Assembly: GCA_963928635.1 (NCBI GenBank)
Contig: CAWVFT010000020.1
Span: forward strand, 1 to 62,558
Reading direction: 5' to 3'
Origin: Bacillota bacterium
GTDB taxonomy: Bacteria > Bacillota > Clostridia > TANB77 > CAG-508
DNA: 62,558 bases
Part shown: in pieces, positions 20,201 to 29,092 of the stretch
How the letters are laid out: every line of letters begins with the position of its first letter
Numbering within the stretch: the first letter of the stretch is position 1
The notes under the pieces: generated by a model
What the model was told of the DNA's origin: nothing
Seen by the model: only the letters and a program-made list of their open reading frames with translations
Database searches by the model: none
Translations under genes and position numbers: made by a program

Positions 20201-20807
20201 AATAAAAGAAATAGGAAGTGTAAACATAGATTCTATTGAAGAATATAAAAACTTAAAAGATAGATATGATTTCATGAGTGAGCAAAGATTAGATTTAGAA
20301 ACAACAATGAACAAACTAAGAAAAATTATATCTGAAATGACACAAATAATGAAAGAACAATTTAAAGAAAAATTCAAAGTAATAAATAAAAACTTTGACG
20401 AAGTATTTAAAGAATTATTTGGTGGAGGAAAAGCAGAATTAAAATTAGAAGATGAAGAAAAAATACTAGAATGTGATATAGAAATAACAGCACAACCGCC
20501 AGGAAAGAAATTGCAAAGCATGACACTATTGTCAGGAGGAGAAAAAGCATTAACAGCAATAGCATTATTATTTGCAATCTTAAAAATAAACCCAGCACCA
20601 TTCTGTGTCTTAGACGAGATTGAAGCAGCACTAGATGATGTAAATGTATATAGATATGCAGAATATCTAAAAAAATTTTCCAAAGATACACAATTCTTAG
20701 TAATAACACACAGAAAAGGAACAATGGAAGTAGCAGACACAGTATATGGAGTAACAATGGAGGAAAATGGAATTTCTAAATTACTATCAATGAAATTGAA
20801 ACAATAG
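17259..20807 (+). CDS. smc: chromosome segregation protein SMC
   Basis: 1182 aa. Walker A 'GPNGSGKSN', long coiled coils, hinge, 'LSGGEKAL' signature, Walker B 'FCVLDEIEAALD'. Confidence 0.95.
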   Translation: MYLKRLELQGFKSFADKTVLEFRKGITGIIGPNGSGKSNISDSIRWVLGEQSMKALRGAKALDIIFAGTQNRKSLGFAEASLVFDNSDNSLPIEYQEVTVTRKIYRTGETGYYINKTPCRLKDVLELFMDTGIGKDGYSIIGQGKIDEILSNKSEDRRHIFEEAAGIVKYKIRKQESEKKLEQTKLNLLRINDILTEIEANLEPLKMQSEKAKKYLNLREELKNIEVGLFIYNIEKYKETLNELIKDEEIMQNQCNEEEEKLEKVKSLKEELKETIDNITLQIEEMSNSGFESQKEIEILNSDINVARTKIANNTENKERYEKEIEEKNQRIQELDEEIKQKEEKKFNLKENKEKFEKELKTKENELAKITEKLTAKELEIEGYKKQVEENSDQKYELGTEINTQKTNLQNYNKRINQIKQEITSNISELDRTRMEKEELSKNFYEIENSRNKTLKNIEEISNEKNEADKKIKTYEDKIRNIEDSIRMKQSRRNFLVETEKEKEGYIKSVKSLLKDCETIKELGKGMHGVLANIIEAPEELETAIEMCLGASLQNIVTDTEEEAKNLIEHLRKNNLGRASFLPITSVKGRKLEKVKLNENGVIGIASDLIKYDKKYEQIILNLLGRTVITDTIETAIKVAKQNNYTFRIVTKTGDIINPSGAMTGGSIAKKTINILGRSKEIEKLGKEITNEEKKKEELLKEKENYENSIKNVIEQSKELNTKLQEIEIKYATEKQKILSIESSIEKIEKRIKTLKEEKETIENQIKEANNIIENDDKQIEELTIKIEELSKYIQEYAENNKENQKYIDDLNFDITNLKISVSSFDESENSILEIQERINQEIENNKNSIKDKTEQIEKIKQDNFNLEENIKEILEKIENIKETVKNSGSKIEELKQERSKKSEVLSKQEEQITEKFNVIEDLKAQLVKIDVKKTKIQEDINSIINKMWEEYELTPNAVENYEKPNNISATQKEVNRLRNEIKEIGSVNIDSIEEYKNLKDRYDFMSEQRLDLETTMNKLRKIISEMTQIMKEQFKEKFKVINKNFDEVFKELFGGGKAELKLEDEEKILECDIEITAQPPGKKLQSMTLLSGGEKALTAIALLFAILKINPAPFCVLDEIEAALDDVNVYRYAEYLKKFSKDTQFLVITHRKGTMEVADTVYGVTMEENGISKLLSMKLKQ

Positions 20808-20828
20808 GGACGTATTGATACGTCCCTA
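20805..20828. repeat. perfect palindrome TAGGGACGTA-TTGA-TACGTCCCTA (minimal family-1 box pair)
   Basis: 10-bp arms with a 4-nt spacer. The two TAG triplets are the stop codons of smc (+) and ytaF (-). Confidence 0.85.
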
Positions 20829-21491
20829 AAAGATTTTAAACAAACCAATAATAATAAGTAATATACCAGATAAAACACTCCAAAGATTATCAGGAATCTT
20901 ACTAAAATTACAAAGTTTTTTACCTAAAAAATTCCCAAAATTCAAGAAAAATAATTGGAATAAACTAATAAATAAAGGAAAATAGAAAGTAAAATTTTCT
21001 ATCATCCCAAAACTCATACCAACACCAAAACTATCTAAGGAAAGAGCCAACCCTAAAAAGACAGCTTCTTTAGCATCTATAGTATTAGATTTATCAAAAT
21101 CAGAAGAAGTAGGATTTTTCAAAATTTGTACAGTAATACCTAAACATTTTATAAAAAAAGAATAAATTTTTTGTTGTTCATTTAACTTTTTATCAATTAA
21201 ATTATTTATTCTCTTATCAGAAATATTTTTTTTATTAACAGACTGAATAAATATAAAGATTCCCACTAATATCAGAATAAAGCTTCCAATATATTCAATA
21301 ATATTAGGGGAAAAAATATCTTTAAAAGTACAACCTAACAAAATTGAAATAATAGAAACCATAAAAGCAATTGTAAACAATATAATTCTAGCAATAAAAG
21401 AAATTGTGGTATTTCTAATTCCATATGTAATTCCTATACCCAAGGAATCTATACTACTAGAGATAGTTAAAATTAAAGCATGTAGAAACAT
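20826..21491 (-). CDS. ytaF: sporulation membrane protein YtaF (MntP-like)
   Basis: 221 aa polytopic. 'SSSIDSLGIGITYG' and a second 'SLDSFGVGMSFG' half, typical of YtaF/MntP. Confidence 0.6.
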   Translation of the reverse strand: MFLHALILTISSSIDSLGIGITYGIRNTTISFIARIILFTIAFMVSIISILLGCTFKDIFSPNIIEYIGSFILILVGIFIFIQSVNKKNISDKRINNLIDKKLNEQQKIYSFFIKCLGITVQILKNPTSSDFDKSNTIDAKEAVFLGLALSLDSFGVGMSFGMIENFTFYFPLFISLFQLFFLNFGNFLGKKLCNFSKIPDNLWSVLSGILLIIIGLFKIF

Positions 21492-21623
21492 AAAAACACC
21501 TCTTTATACATAATATGAAAATAAAAGTATAAAGTGTTAGCAAGTTAACCTTTTAAAATTTAAGTAATAAATTAAGACAAGCCACATATATTTTAATAAA
21601 CTTGTACAAAGGAGAGTGTAAAT

Positions 21624-24287
21624 ATGTGGCAAACATTAAAAAAAGAAGAAATCTTAAAAAAATTAAACACAAATGAGAAAACAGGACTAGAAGAATCAGA
21701 GGTATTAAAAAGGCGAGAGCAGAAAGGAAAAAACAAGCTAGAAGACAAAAAGAAAGAAAGCATACTAGTAAAATTTATAAAGCAATTTAATGACTTTATG
21801 ATAATAATTCTAATCATAGCATCAATAATATCTGCGATAGTTGCAAAATTACAAGGAGAAAACGACTACATTGATTCTGTTATAATTATTGGAATAGTAA
21901 TATTAAACGCAATAATGGGAGTAGTGCAAGAAGCCAAAGCAGAAAAATCAATAGAAAGTTTAAAACAAATGACACCACAAAAAGCAAAAGTAATAAGAGA
22001 AGGAAAAACAAAAGAAATAAATGCAGAAGAAATAGTAGAAGGAGATATAATAATATTAGAAGCTGGAAACTATGTACCAGCAGACAGTAGATTATTAGAA
22101 AGTTTTAACCTAAAAATAGAAGAATCAAGTTTAACAGGAGAAAATATACCCGCAGAAAAGGATGCAAAAGGAATATATAAAGAGAACATACCATTAGGTG
22201 ATATGAAAAATATGGCATTTATGGCAAGCATAGTAGTTAATGGACATGCAAAAGCAGTTGTAACCAATATAGGAATGGAAACTCAAGTAGGAAAAATAGC
22301 AAATATGATTATAGAAAATGAATCACCAGAAACACCTATTCAAAGAAAACTAGGGCAAGTAGGAAAAATACTAGGAATAGCCTGTTTAGCAATATGTATA
22401 ATAATCTTTATTATAGGAATAATCAAAAAAATAGAACCTGTAGAAATGTTCATGACATCAGTAGGATTAGCAGTAGCAGCAATACCAGAAGGACTACCTG
22501 CAATAGTAACAATAGTATTATCTATTGGAATAACCAAAATGGCAAAAAAGAATAGCATTATAAGAAAGTTACCAGCAGTAGAAACACTAGGAAGTAGTAA
22601 TGTAATTTGCTCAGATAAAACAGGAACATTAACACAAAATAAAATGAGAGTCGTAGAAATATATTCAAAAGATATAAATAAGACAATAGAGTATGGAAGC
22701 TTATGTACAGACTGCGAAATAACAGAAAAAAACGAAATAACAGGAGATCCAACAGAAAAAGCAATAGTAGAAAAAGCAATAGAACTAGGAAAAGATAAAA
22801 ATCTATTGCAAATAGAATACCCAAGAATAAATGAAATATCATTTGACTCAAACAGAAAAATGATGACAACAATACATAAAATAGGGAGTAAATATAGAAT
22901 AATAACAAAAGGAGCACCAGATGTTTTACTAAAAAGATGTATAAAAACAGAAGGAGCACCAGATGTTTTACTAAAAAGATGTATAAAAACAGAAGGAAAA
23001 ACATTAGATTTATTAACAAGGAAAGAAATTTTAGATCAAAATATGAAAATGGCAAACAAAGCATTAAGAGTTATAGCAGTAGCATATAAAGATGTAAATA
23101 TATTACCTAGCAAAATAGATAGTGATAATATCGAAAAAGATTTAACATTTTTAGGATTAGTAGGTATGATAGATCCACCAAGAGAAGGCGTAAAAGATGC
23201 AATAAAAACATGTAAAAAAGCTGGAATAAAAACGGTTATGATTACAGGAGATCATTTAGATACGGCAAAAGCAATTGCTAAAGATTTAGGAATTTTAAAA
23301 TCAGATAACGAAGCAATAAAAGGTCAAGATTTAGATAAACTAACAGATGAAGAATTAAGAAAAAAAATAAAAAATTATTCAGTATTTGCAAGAGTAACAC
23401 CCGAACATAAGGTAAGAATAGTTAAGGCTTGGCAACAAACAGGAGCTGTAGTAGCAATGACAGGAGATGGAGTAAATGATAGCCCAGCATTAAAAAATGC
23501 AGATATAGGAATCGCAATGGGAAAAAACGGAACAGATGTGGCAAAAAATGCTGCAGATATGATTTTAACAGATGATAATTTTGTAACAATAGTAGAAGCA
23601 GTTAAACAAGGAAGGAGTATATATGATAACATTAGAAAAGCAATACATTTTCTAATAGCAACAAATATAGGGGAAATAGTAACAATTTTTATGGGATTAG
23701 TATTAGGATTAAAATCACCATTGCTTGCACTACAATTACTATGGATAAACTTAGTAACAGATTCATTTCCAGCAATAGCACTTGGATTAGAACCAGAAGA
23801 AAAAGACATTATGAGTCGACAACCAATAGATAAAAGAAAAGGAATATTTGCAGATGGGTTATGGAATAAAATAATAGTAGAAGGAATTATGATAGGAATG
23901 CTAACACTAATAGCATTCAGCATAGGAAATAAATATTATGGACTAGAAGTAGCAAGAACAATGGCATTTCTGACAATGGGATTTCTAGAATTAATACATA
24001 GCATTAATATCAAAAGCGAAAAATCTATTTTTGAAGTTGGAATATTTGAAAATAAATATTTAATAGGAAGTATAATTTTAGGAATATTCATACAAGTAAT
24101 AGTAGTCTTAATACCAGCAATTGCAAACATTTTTGAAGTAACTATGTTAAATAAGACACAATGGATAATTACAATAGTGATATCAATATTACCAATTCCA
24201 ATAATAGAATTACAGAAAAAATTAAATAAATCACATACAAAAGAAAATGAGATAAAGGTTGTAAGAATTAATAAAGAAAATATTTAA
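21624..24287 (+). CDS. P-type Ca2+-transporting ATPase (P2A, YloB-like) carrying an internal 14-aa tandem duplication
   Basis: 887 aa. 'LTGEN', phosphorylation site 'CSDKTGTLT', 'KGAPD', 'TGDHLDTA', 'GDGVNDSPALK'. Confidence 0.9.
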   Translation: MWQTLKKEEILKKLNTNEKTGLEESEVLKRREQKGKNKLEDKKKESILVKFIKQFNDFMIIILIIASIISAIVAKLQGENDYIDSVIIIGIVILNAIMGVVQEAKAEKSIESLKQMTPQKAKVIREGKTKEINAEEIVEGDIIILEAGNYVPADSRLLESFNLKIEESSLTGENIPAEKDAKGIYKENIPLGDMKNMAFMASIVVNGHAKAVVTNIGMETQVGKIANMIIENESPETPIQRKLGQVGKILGIACLAICIIIFIIGIIKKIEPVEMFMTSVGLAVAAIPEGLPAIVTIVLSIGITKMAKKNSIIRKLPAVETLGSSNVICSDKTGTLTQNKMRVVEIYSKDINKTIEYGSLCTDCEITEKNEITGDPTEKAIVEKAIELGKDKNLLQIEYPRINEISFDSNRKMMTTIHKIGSKYRIITKGAPDVLLKRCIKTEGAPDVLLKRCIKTEGKTLDLLTRKEILDQNMKMANKALRVIAVAYKDVNILPSKIDSDNIEKDLTFLGLVGMIDPPREGVKDAIKTCKKAGIKTVMITGDHLDTAKAIAKDLGILKSDNEAIKGQDLDKLTDEELRKKIKNYSVFARVTPEHKVRIVKAWQQTGAVVAMTGDGVNDSPALKNADIGIAMGKNGTDVAKNAADMILTDDNFVTIVEAVKQGRSIYDNIRKAIHFLIATNIGEIVTIFMGLVLGLKSPLLALQLLWINLVTDSFPAIALGLEPEEKDIMSRQPIDKRKGIFADGLWNKIIVEGIMIGMLTLIAFSIGNKYYGLEVARTMAFLTMGFLELIHSINIKSEKSIFEVGIFENKYLIGSIILGIFIQVIVVLIPAIANIFEVTMLNKTQWIITIVISILPIPIIELQKKLNKSHTKENEIKVVRINKENI
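22911..22994 (+). repeat. perfect 2 x 42-bp tandem duplication inside the Ca2+-ATPase CDS
   Basis: 'ggagcaccagatgttttactaaaaagatgtataaaaacagaa' occurs at 22911-22952 and again at 22953-22994. It encodes GAPDVLLKRCIKTE twice. Confidence 0.95.
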
Positions 24288-24300
24288 AGATAAGAATATA

Positions 24301-24560
24301 TCAAAATCCGTTTTTTAAAATTGAATATAATATCTTTTAATATAATGATTTTTCAAAGTTTTCGTTCAAGCTAATTTTCGTAGAAAATCTAAATGAATTT
24401 TACGGCACACTTCCAAGGCAAACTTGAACTCTTTCCGTAAAATTCATCAAGTTTTTCTAAACTCAAATTACTTTCAATTCAAACTTTTCAAAATTATTAT
24501 ATTAAAGTATATACCAAATGAGATAAATGGTTATATTCGATTTAAAAGAACGGATTTTGG
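24301..24560. repeat. ~260-bp imperfect palindrome (MITE-like) with a ~172-bp core shared with 45079-45250
   Basis: Outer inverted repeat caaaatccgtt.tttaaa. Inner arms 'atgaattttacgg' / 'ccgtaaaattcat'. Core 24336-24507 is about 90% identical by eye to 45079-45250. Confidence 0.8.
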
Positions 24561-24565
24561 CATAC

Positions 24566-25252
24566 TTAAATAACTTCTAAAGCCTGTTCATTTGAAATAT
24601 ATCCATATCTAAGCATTGCATTAATAACCTGAGTTTGGCGTTGTTTTGCTAAAGTTGGATTAATATTTGGAGCATAAACAGAAGGAGCATTAGGGATTCC
24701 AGCAAGCATAGAAGCCGCATTCAAATCTAAATCTTTAGGTTCTTTGTTATAATATCCCATACTAGCCTCATAGATTCCAATATATCCATTACCAAAATTT
24801 GCAGTATTAACATACAATTCAAAAATTTCATTTTTAGAATAATTTTTTTCTAAATCAAAAGCAGCAATAACTTCAGCAAGTTTTCTAGACAAAGTTTTTT
24901 CTTGAGATAAAATAATATTTTTTGCAACTTGTTGAGATATAGTGCTACCCCCTTCTACAAAATCCCAAGCCTTTATGTTATTAAAAATAGCCCTTGCAAT
25001 AGACCTAATTTCAATAGGACCATGCTCATAATATCTATGGTCTTCAATTGCAATAACAGCATTTCTATAATAATCTGACATATCATTAAACTTAACAAAA
25101 TGTTCCGTATTAGTTACTTCTTCTACTCTTTCAACAAGCGCCTTTTCATCTAAAGCTTTAGAATATGTTGTATAACCAATAAGAAAGAAAATAGAAAAAA
25201 GAATTATAACTAATACTAACAAAATTATTAATATTTTCCAAAACAATTTCAT
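24566..25252 (-). CDS. monofunctional peptidoglycan glycosyltransferase (GT51)
   Basis: 228 aa. TM anchor, 'AIEDHRYYEHGPIE', 'GGSTISQQVAKN'. Confidence 0.85.
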   Translation of the reverse strand: MKLFWKILIILLVLVIILFSIFFLIGYTTYSKALDEKALVERVEEVTNTEHFVKFNDMSDYYRNAVIAIEDHRYYEHGPIEIRSIARAIFNNIKAWDFVEGGSTISQQVAKNIILSQEKTLSRKLAEVIAAFDLEKNYSKNEIFELYVNTANFGNGYIGIYEASMGYYNKEPKDLDLNAASMLAGIPNAPSVYAPNINPTLAKQRQTQVINAMLRYGYISNEQALEVI

Positions 25253-25341
25253 AATAAATCCTCTCTTTTAAAAATTATATACTAAAAATTTAAGAAATGA
25301 AATAGATTAATAAAATTTTAATAATTATAACAAATGGTATG

Positions 25342-25400
25342 TTGCAAAAGCAAAAATAATATGATAGAATAGCAAACAGTAAAATATAAATATATTTTAC
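25342..25400 (+). promoter_or_regulatory. candidate dapF-dapL promoter followed by a perfect 10-bp-arm palindrome
   Basis: TTGCAA, 17 nt, (TGa)TAGAAT at 25365-25370. Then gtaaaatata-aa-tatattttac at 25379-25400. Confidence 0.4.
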
Positions 25401-25431
25401 TTATATATTAACCTTAAGAAGGTGGAAAAAA

Positions 25432-26268
25432 ATGATAAAATTTACAAAAATGCAAGGGCTAGGGAATGATTATGTCTATATAGATGCAATAAATCAAAAT
25501 ATAGATAATGAATCATCTCTAGCTAAATTTGTCAGCAATAGACACTTTGGTGTAGGGTCAGACGGGCTAATCCTAATATGTAAAAGTAAAGTAGCTGACT
25601 TTAAGATGAGAATGTTTAATTCAGACGGGAGCGAAGCCGAAATGTGTGGAAATGGAATCAGATGTGTTGCAAAATTTGTATATGATAAAAAGTTCACAAA
25701 TAAAACAACAATAACTATAGAAACACTAGCAGGAATTAAACAACTAAAATTAAATACAAAAGATGGAAAAGTAGAAACAGTAAGAGTAGACATGGGAGAA
25801 CCAATACTAGAACCTGAAAAAATACCCGTAAATTCAAAAGAGAAACCTGTAAAGAACTTGAAACTAAAAGCAGAAGACAAAGAATTTAAATTTACATGTG
25901 TATCAATGGGAAATCCGCATGCAATAACATTTGTTGAGAATGTCAAAGAATTTGATGTAGAAAAATATGGAAAAATTTTAGAAATAGAGCCAATCTTTCC
26001 TAAAAAGACAAACGTAGAATTTATACAAATAGTAGACAAAGAACATATAAAAATGAGAGTTTGGGAAAGAGGAGCAGGTGAAACGCTAGCATGTGGAACA
26101 GGAGCAAGTGCAAGCGTTGTAGCGTGTGTCCTAAATAACTTAACAAATAGAAAAGCATTAGTAGAATTATTAGGAGGAAATCTAGAAATAGAATGGGATG
26201 AAAGAGATAATCATGTATATATGACAGGACCAGCAGTTACAGTATATGAAGGAGAATTATTAAATTAA
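25432..26268 (+). CDS. dapF: diaminopimelate epimerase
   Basis: 278 aa. '[10 protein letters not shown]', catalytic Cys motifs 'MCGNGIRC' and 'ACGTGASA'. Confidence 0.95.
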   Translation: MIKFTKMQGLGNDYVYIDAINQNIDNESSLAKFVSNRHFGVGSDGLILICKSKVADFKMRMFNSDGSEAEMCGNGIRCVAKFVYDKKFTNKTTITIETLAGIKQLKLNTKDGKVETVRVDMGEPILEPEKIPVNSKEKPVKNLKLKAEDKEFKFTCVSMGNPHAITFVENVKEFDVEKYGKILEIEPIFPKKTNVEFIQIVDKEHIKMRVWERGAGETLACGTGASASVVACVLNNLTNRKALVELLGGNLEIEWDERDNHVYMTGPAVTVYEGELLN

Positions 26269-26343
26269 AAAATCTTTACTATAAATCGAAACAAAAACAT
26301 ATGATTTAAAATCAGAATATATAAAATAAACAGGAGTGATAAT

Positions 26344-27582
26344 ATGAGTAAAATCAATGAAAATTTTTTAAATTTACAAGAAAGCTATTTATTTTCAACA
26401 ATAGCAAAAAAAGTGGCAAAATACACAGAAGAAAATCCAGACAAAAAAGTCATAAAACTAGGAATAGGAGATGTAACAAGACCAATAGTTCCAGCATGTG
26501 TAGAAGCTATGCATAAAGCAGTAGATGAAATTGGAACTAAAGAAGGATTCAAAGGATATGGGCCAGAACAAGGATATGAATTCTTAAGAAATGCAATAGT
26601 GGAAAACGATTACAAAAAAAGAGGAGTTGAAATAAATCCAGATGAAATATTTGTATCAGATGGAGCAAAATGTGACTGCGGAAATATAGTAGATATATTT
26701 GCAAAAGAGAACAAAGTAGCAATTACAGACCCAGTATATCCAGTATATTTAGACACAAATGTAATGGCAGGTAGAAGTGGAAAATACAACAAAGAAACAG
26801 ATACATACGAAAATATTGTGTATTTACCAGTAACAGCAGAAAACAACTTTAAACCAGAACTACCAAAAGAAAAAGTAGACCTAATTTATTTATGCTTTCC
26901 AAATAATCCAACAGGAACAGTTTTAACAAAAGAAGATTTAAAAGTTTGGGTAGATTATGCAAAAGAAAACAATAGCATAATACTTTACGATGCAGCATAT
27001 GAAAGATTCATAACAGAAAAAGACATACCACATAGCATTTATGAAGTAGAAGGAGCAAAAGATGTTGCAATTGAATTCAAAAGTTTTTCAAAAACAGCAG
27101 GATTTACAGGAGTAAGATGTGCATATGTGGTTATTCCAAAAACAGTAAAAGGATATACAAGCACAGGGGAAGAAGTAGAATTAAACAAATTATGGAACAG
27201 AAGAACATGTACAAAATTCAATGGAGTATCATATATAGTCCAAAGAGCAGCAGAAGCAACATATACAGAAGAAGGACAAAAACAAATACAAGAAAATATT
27301 AATTATTATATGAACAATGCAAAAATAATAAAACGAGGACTTGAAGAAGCAGGATTTACAGTATATGGTGGAATAAACTCACCATATGTGTGGTTAAAAG
27401 TACCAGAAGGGATGACTTCTTGGAAATTCTTTGACAAACTACTAGAAGAAGTAAATATAGTAGGAACACCAGGAAGCGGATTCGGACCACATGGAGAAGG
27501 ATATTTTAGATTAACAGCATTTGGAACAAAAGAAAATACAGAAAAAGCAATAGAAAGAATAAAAAATTGGAAAAATGATTAA
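26344..27582 (+). CDS. dapL: LL-diaminopimelate aminotransferase
   Basis: 412 aa. N-terminus '[21 protein letters not shown]', PLP-lysine region '[15 protein letters not shown]'. Adjacent to dapF. Confidence 0.9.
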   Translation: MSKINENFLNLQESYLFSTIAKKVAKYTEENPDKKVIKLGIGDVTRPIVPACVEAMHKAVDEIGTKEGFKGYGPEQGYEFLRNAIVENDYKKRGVEINPDEIFVSDGAKCDCGNIVDIFAKENKVAITDPVYPVYLDTNVMAGRSGKYNKETDTYENIVYLPVTAENNFKPELPKEKVDLIYLCFPNNPTGTVLTKEDLKVWVDYAKENNSIILYDAAYERFITEKDIPHSIYEVEGAKDVAIEFKSFSKTAGFTGVRCAYVVIPKTVKGYTSTGEEVELNKLWNRRTCTKFNGVSYIVQRAAEATYTEEGQKQIQENINYYMNNAKIIKRGLEEAGFTVYGGINSPYVWLKVPEGMTSWKFFDKLLEEVNIVGTPGSGFGPHGEGYFRLTAFGTKENTEKAIERIKNWKND

Positions 27583-27590
27583 TTAAGAAG

Positions 27591-27645
27591 TGGTTAATTG
27601 GGGACAGGTACCAATTAACCATTTTTGGTTAAACTGGGACAGGTT
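27591..27645 (+). repeat. family-2 element (two GGTTAA..GGGACAGGT boxes 35 nt apart)
   Basis: 'tggttaattggggacaggtaccaattaacca ttttt ggttaaactgggacaggtt'. Starts 9 nt after the dapL stop. Confidence 0.75.
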
Positions 27646-27695
27646 TGAATTTAATTTAAAAGACAAAAGAATGTTCGAAAAAACATGAAAAACTA

Positions 27696-27724
27696 TTGAC
27701 TTTTAAGAATTTAATTAATATAAT
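27696..27724 (+). promoter_or_regulatory. sigma-A-type promoter upstream of the HD-domain gene
   Basis: AAAACTATTGACT, 17 nt, TATAAT. Confidence 0.55.
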
Positions 27725-27799
27725 CATAAAATGAAATATGAATTTAAAAAATAAACTAATTAAAACTAATAGAAGCTTAAAGAAGGGAATGAAAATAAA

Positions 27800-28354
27800 A
27801 TGAAAGATGAATTTTTAGAGTTATTAAGAAAAGTAAATAGAGAAGGAATAGAAGATTTAATAAGCTTTCTAGAGAAGTCAGACTTCTTTAAAGCACCAGC
27901 AAGTACAAGATTTCATGGAGACTATGAACAAGGATTAGTAGAACACAGTCTAGATGTATATAAAATATTAAAACACAAAGTAGAAAATTGTATAAAACCA
28001 ATAGATATACCAGAAGAATCAATAATAATTATAGGATTATTACATGATATATGTAAAACAAACTTCTATAAAGTAGATTATAGAAATGCAAAGAATAGCT
28101 TAGGAATATGGGAAAAAGTACCATATTATACAATAGAAGATACAATACCATATGGACATGGAGAAAAATCAGTAATGATGCTAACAGAATACATAAAATT
28201 AACACCAGAAGAAAAATATGCAATACGTTGGCATATGGGATATACAGAGCCAAAAGAAGTATATAATACAATTGGAGCAGCATACACAAAATATCCAATA
28301 GCATTATTAACTCATGAAGCAGACTTAGAAGCAACATATCTAATGGGAAGATAA
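27800..28354 (+). CDS. HD-domain phosphohydrolase
   Basis: 184 aa. 'RFHGDYEQGLVEHS' and 'LLHDICK' HD motifs. Confidence 0.7.
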   Translation: MKDEFLELLRKVNREGIEDLISFLEKSDFFKAPASTRFHGDYEQGLVEHSLDVYKILKHKVENCIKPIDIPEESIIIIGLLHDICKTNFYKVDYRNAKNSLGIWEKVPYYTIEDTIPYGHGEKSVMMLTEYIKLTPEEKYAIRWHMGYTEPKEVYNTIGAAYTKYPIALLTHEADLEATYLMGR

Positions 28355-28424
28355 AACGCAAAAAAATATAAAGAATATATTAATTTTATCTGGAAAATAA
28401 TAAAACAAATTTAAGGAGGAAAAA

Positions 28425-29078
28425 ATGTTAGCATATATTAGAGGAACACTAGAGATGAAATTGTCAAGCTATGTAGTAATAGATGTAGGTGGACTTGGAT
28501 ATAAAATATATATGTCGGACAAAGGAATTGACAATTTAGGAAAAATTGGGGAAGAAACAAAAGTATATACATATTACCGAGTAAGAGAAGATGATATAAG
28601 TATATTTGGGTTTAACACATTAGAAGAATTAAAAATGTTTGAATTATTATTAGGAGTAAGTGGAGTAGGGGCAAAAACAGCAATAGCAATGATAGATGTA
28701 TGTGAACCTTCAGAATTTGCACTTGCAGTAATTTCAGAAGATGTAAAAACATTAACAACAATACCAGGAATAGGACCTAAATCAGCAAAAAGAATAATAT
28801 TAGAACTAAAAGACAAAATAAAGAAAGAGCAACAAATAGAAGAACTAGAAATGGCATCTAAAGGAATAAAATCAAACAAAGAAATCGAAACAGGACTTAA
28901 AGTAAAAGAAGCTATAGAAGAAGACAATAAAATATTAGAAGCAATAGCCGCATTACAAGTTCTAGGATATAATAAGAAAATAATAGAGCAAGCATTTGAA
29001 AAAATCGAAAATAAAAAAGAATTATCAACAGAAGAATTAATTAAAAAAGGACTAATGATGTTAGCAAGAGGAATATGA
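28425..29078 (+). CDS. ruvA: Holliday junction branch migration complex subunit RuvA
   Basis: 217 aa. 'MLAYIRGTL', HhH motifs 'LLGVSGVGAKTA' and 'IPGIGPKSAKRIILELK'. C-terminal domain III after a long linker. Confidence 0.9.
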   Translation: MLAYIRGTLEMKLSSYVVIDVGGLGYKIYMSDKGIDNLGKIGEETKVYTYYRVREDDISIFGFNTLEELKMFELLLGVSGVGAKTAIAMIDVCEPSEFALAVISEDVKTLTTIPGIGPKSAKRIILELKDKIKKEQQIEELEMASKGIKSNKEIETGLKVKEAIEEDNKILEAIAALQVLGYNKKIIEQAFEKIENKKELSTEELIKKGLMMLARGI

Positions 29079-29092
29079 GAGGTGTGATTACT

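Noticed and set aside
25253-25431. Lysine riboswitch (L-box) upstream of dapF-dapL.
   Set aside because: The leader downstream of the candidate promoter is only about 60 nt and AT-rich, too short for an L-box. Only a simple 10-bp-arm palindrome is present.
27117-27302. 61-aa ORF within dapL, and 30475..30666 within the first TSUP gene.
   Set aside because: These are alternate frames of strongly supported genes, with basic low-complexity products and no translation signals.
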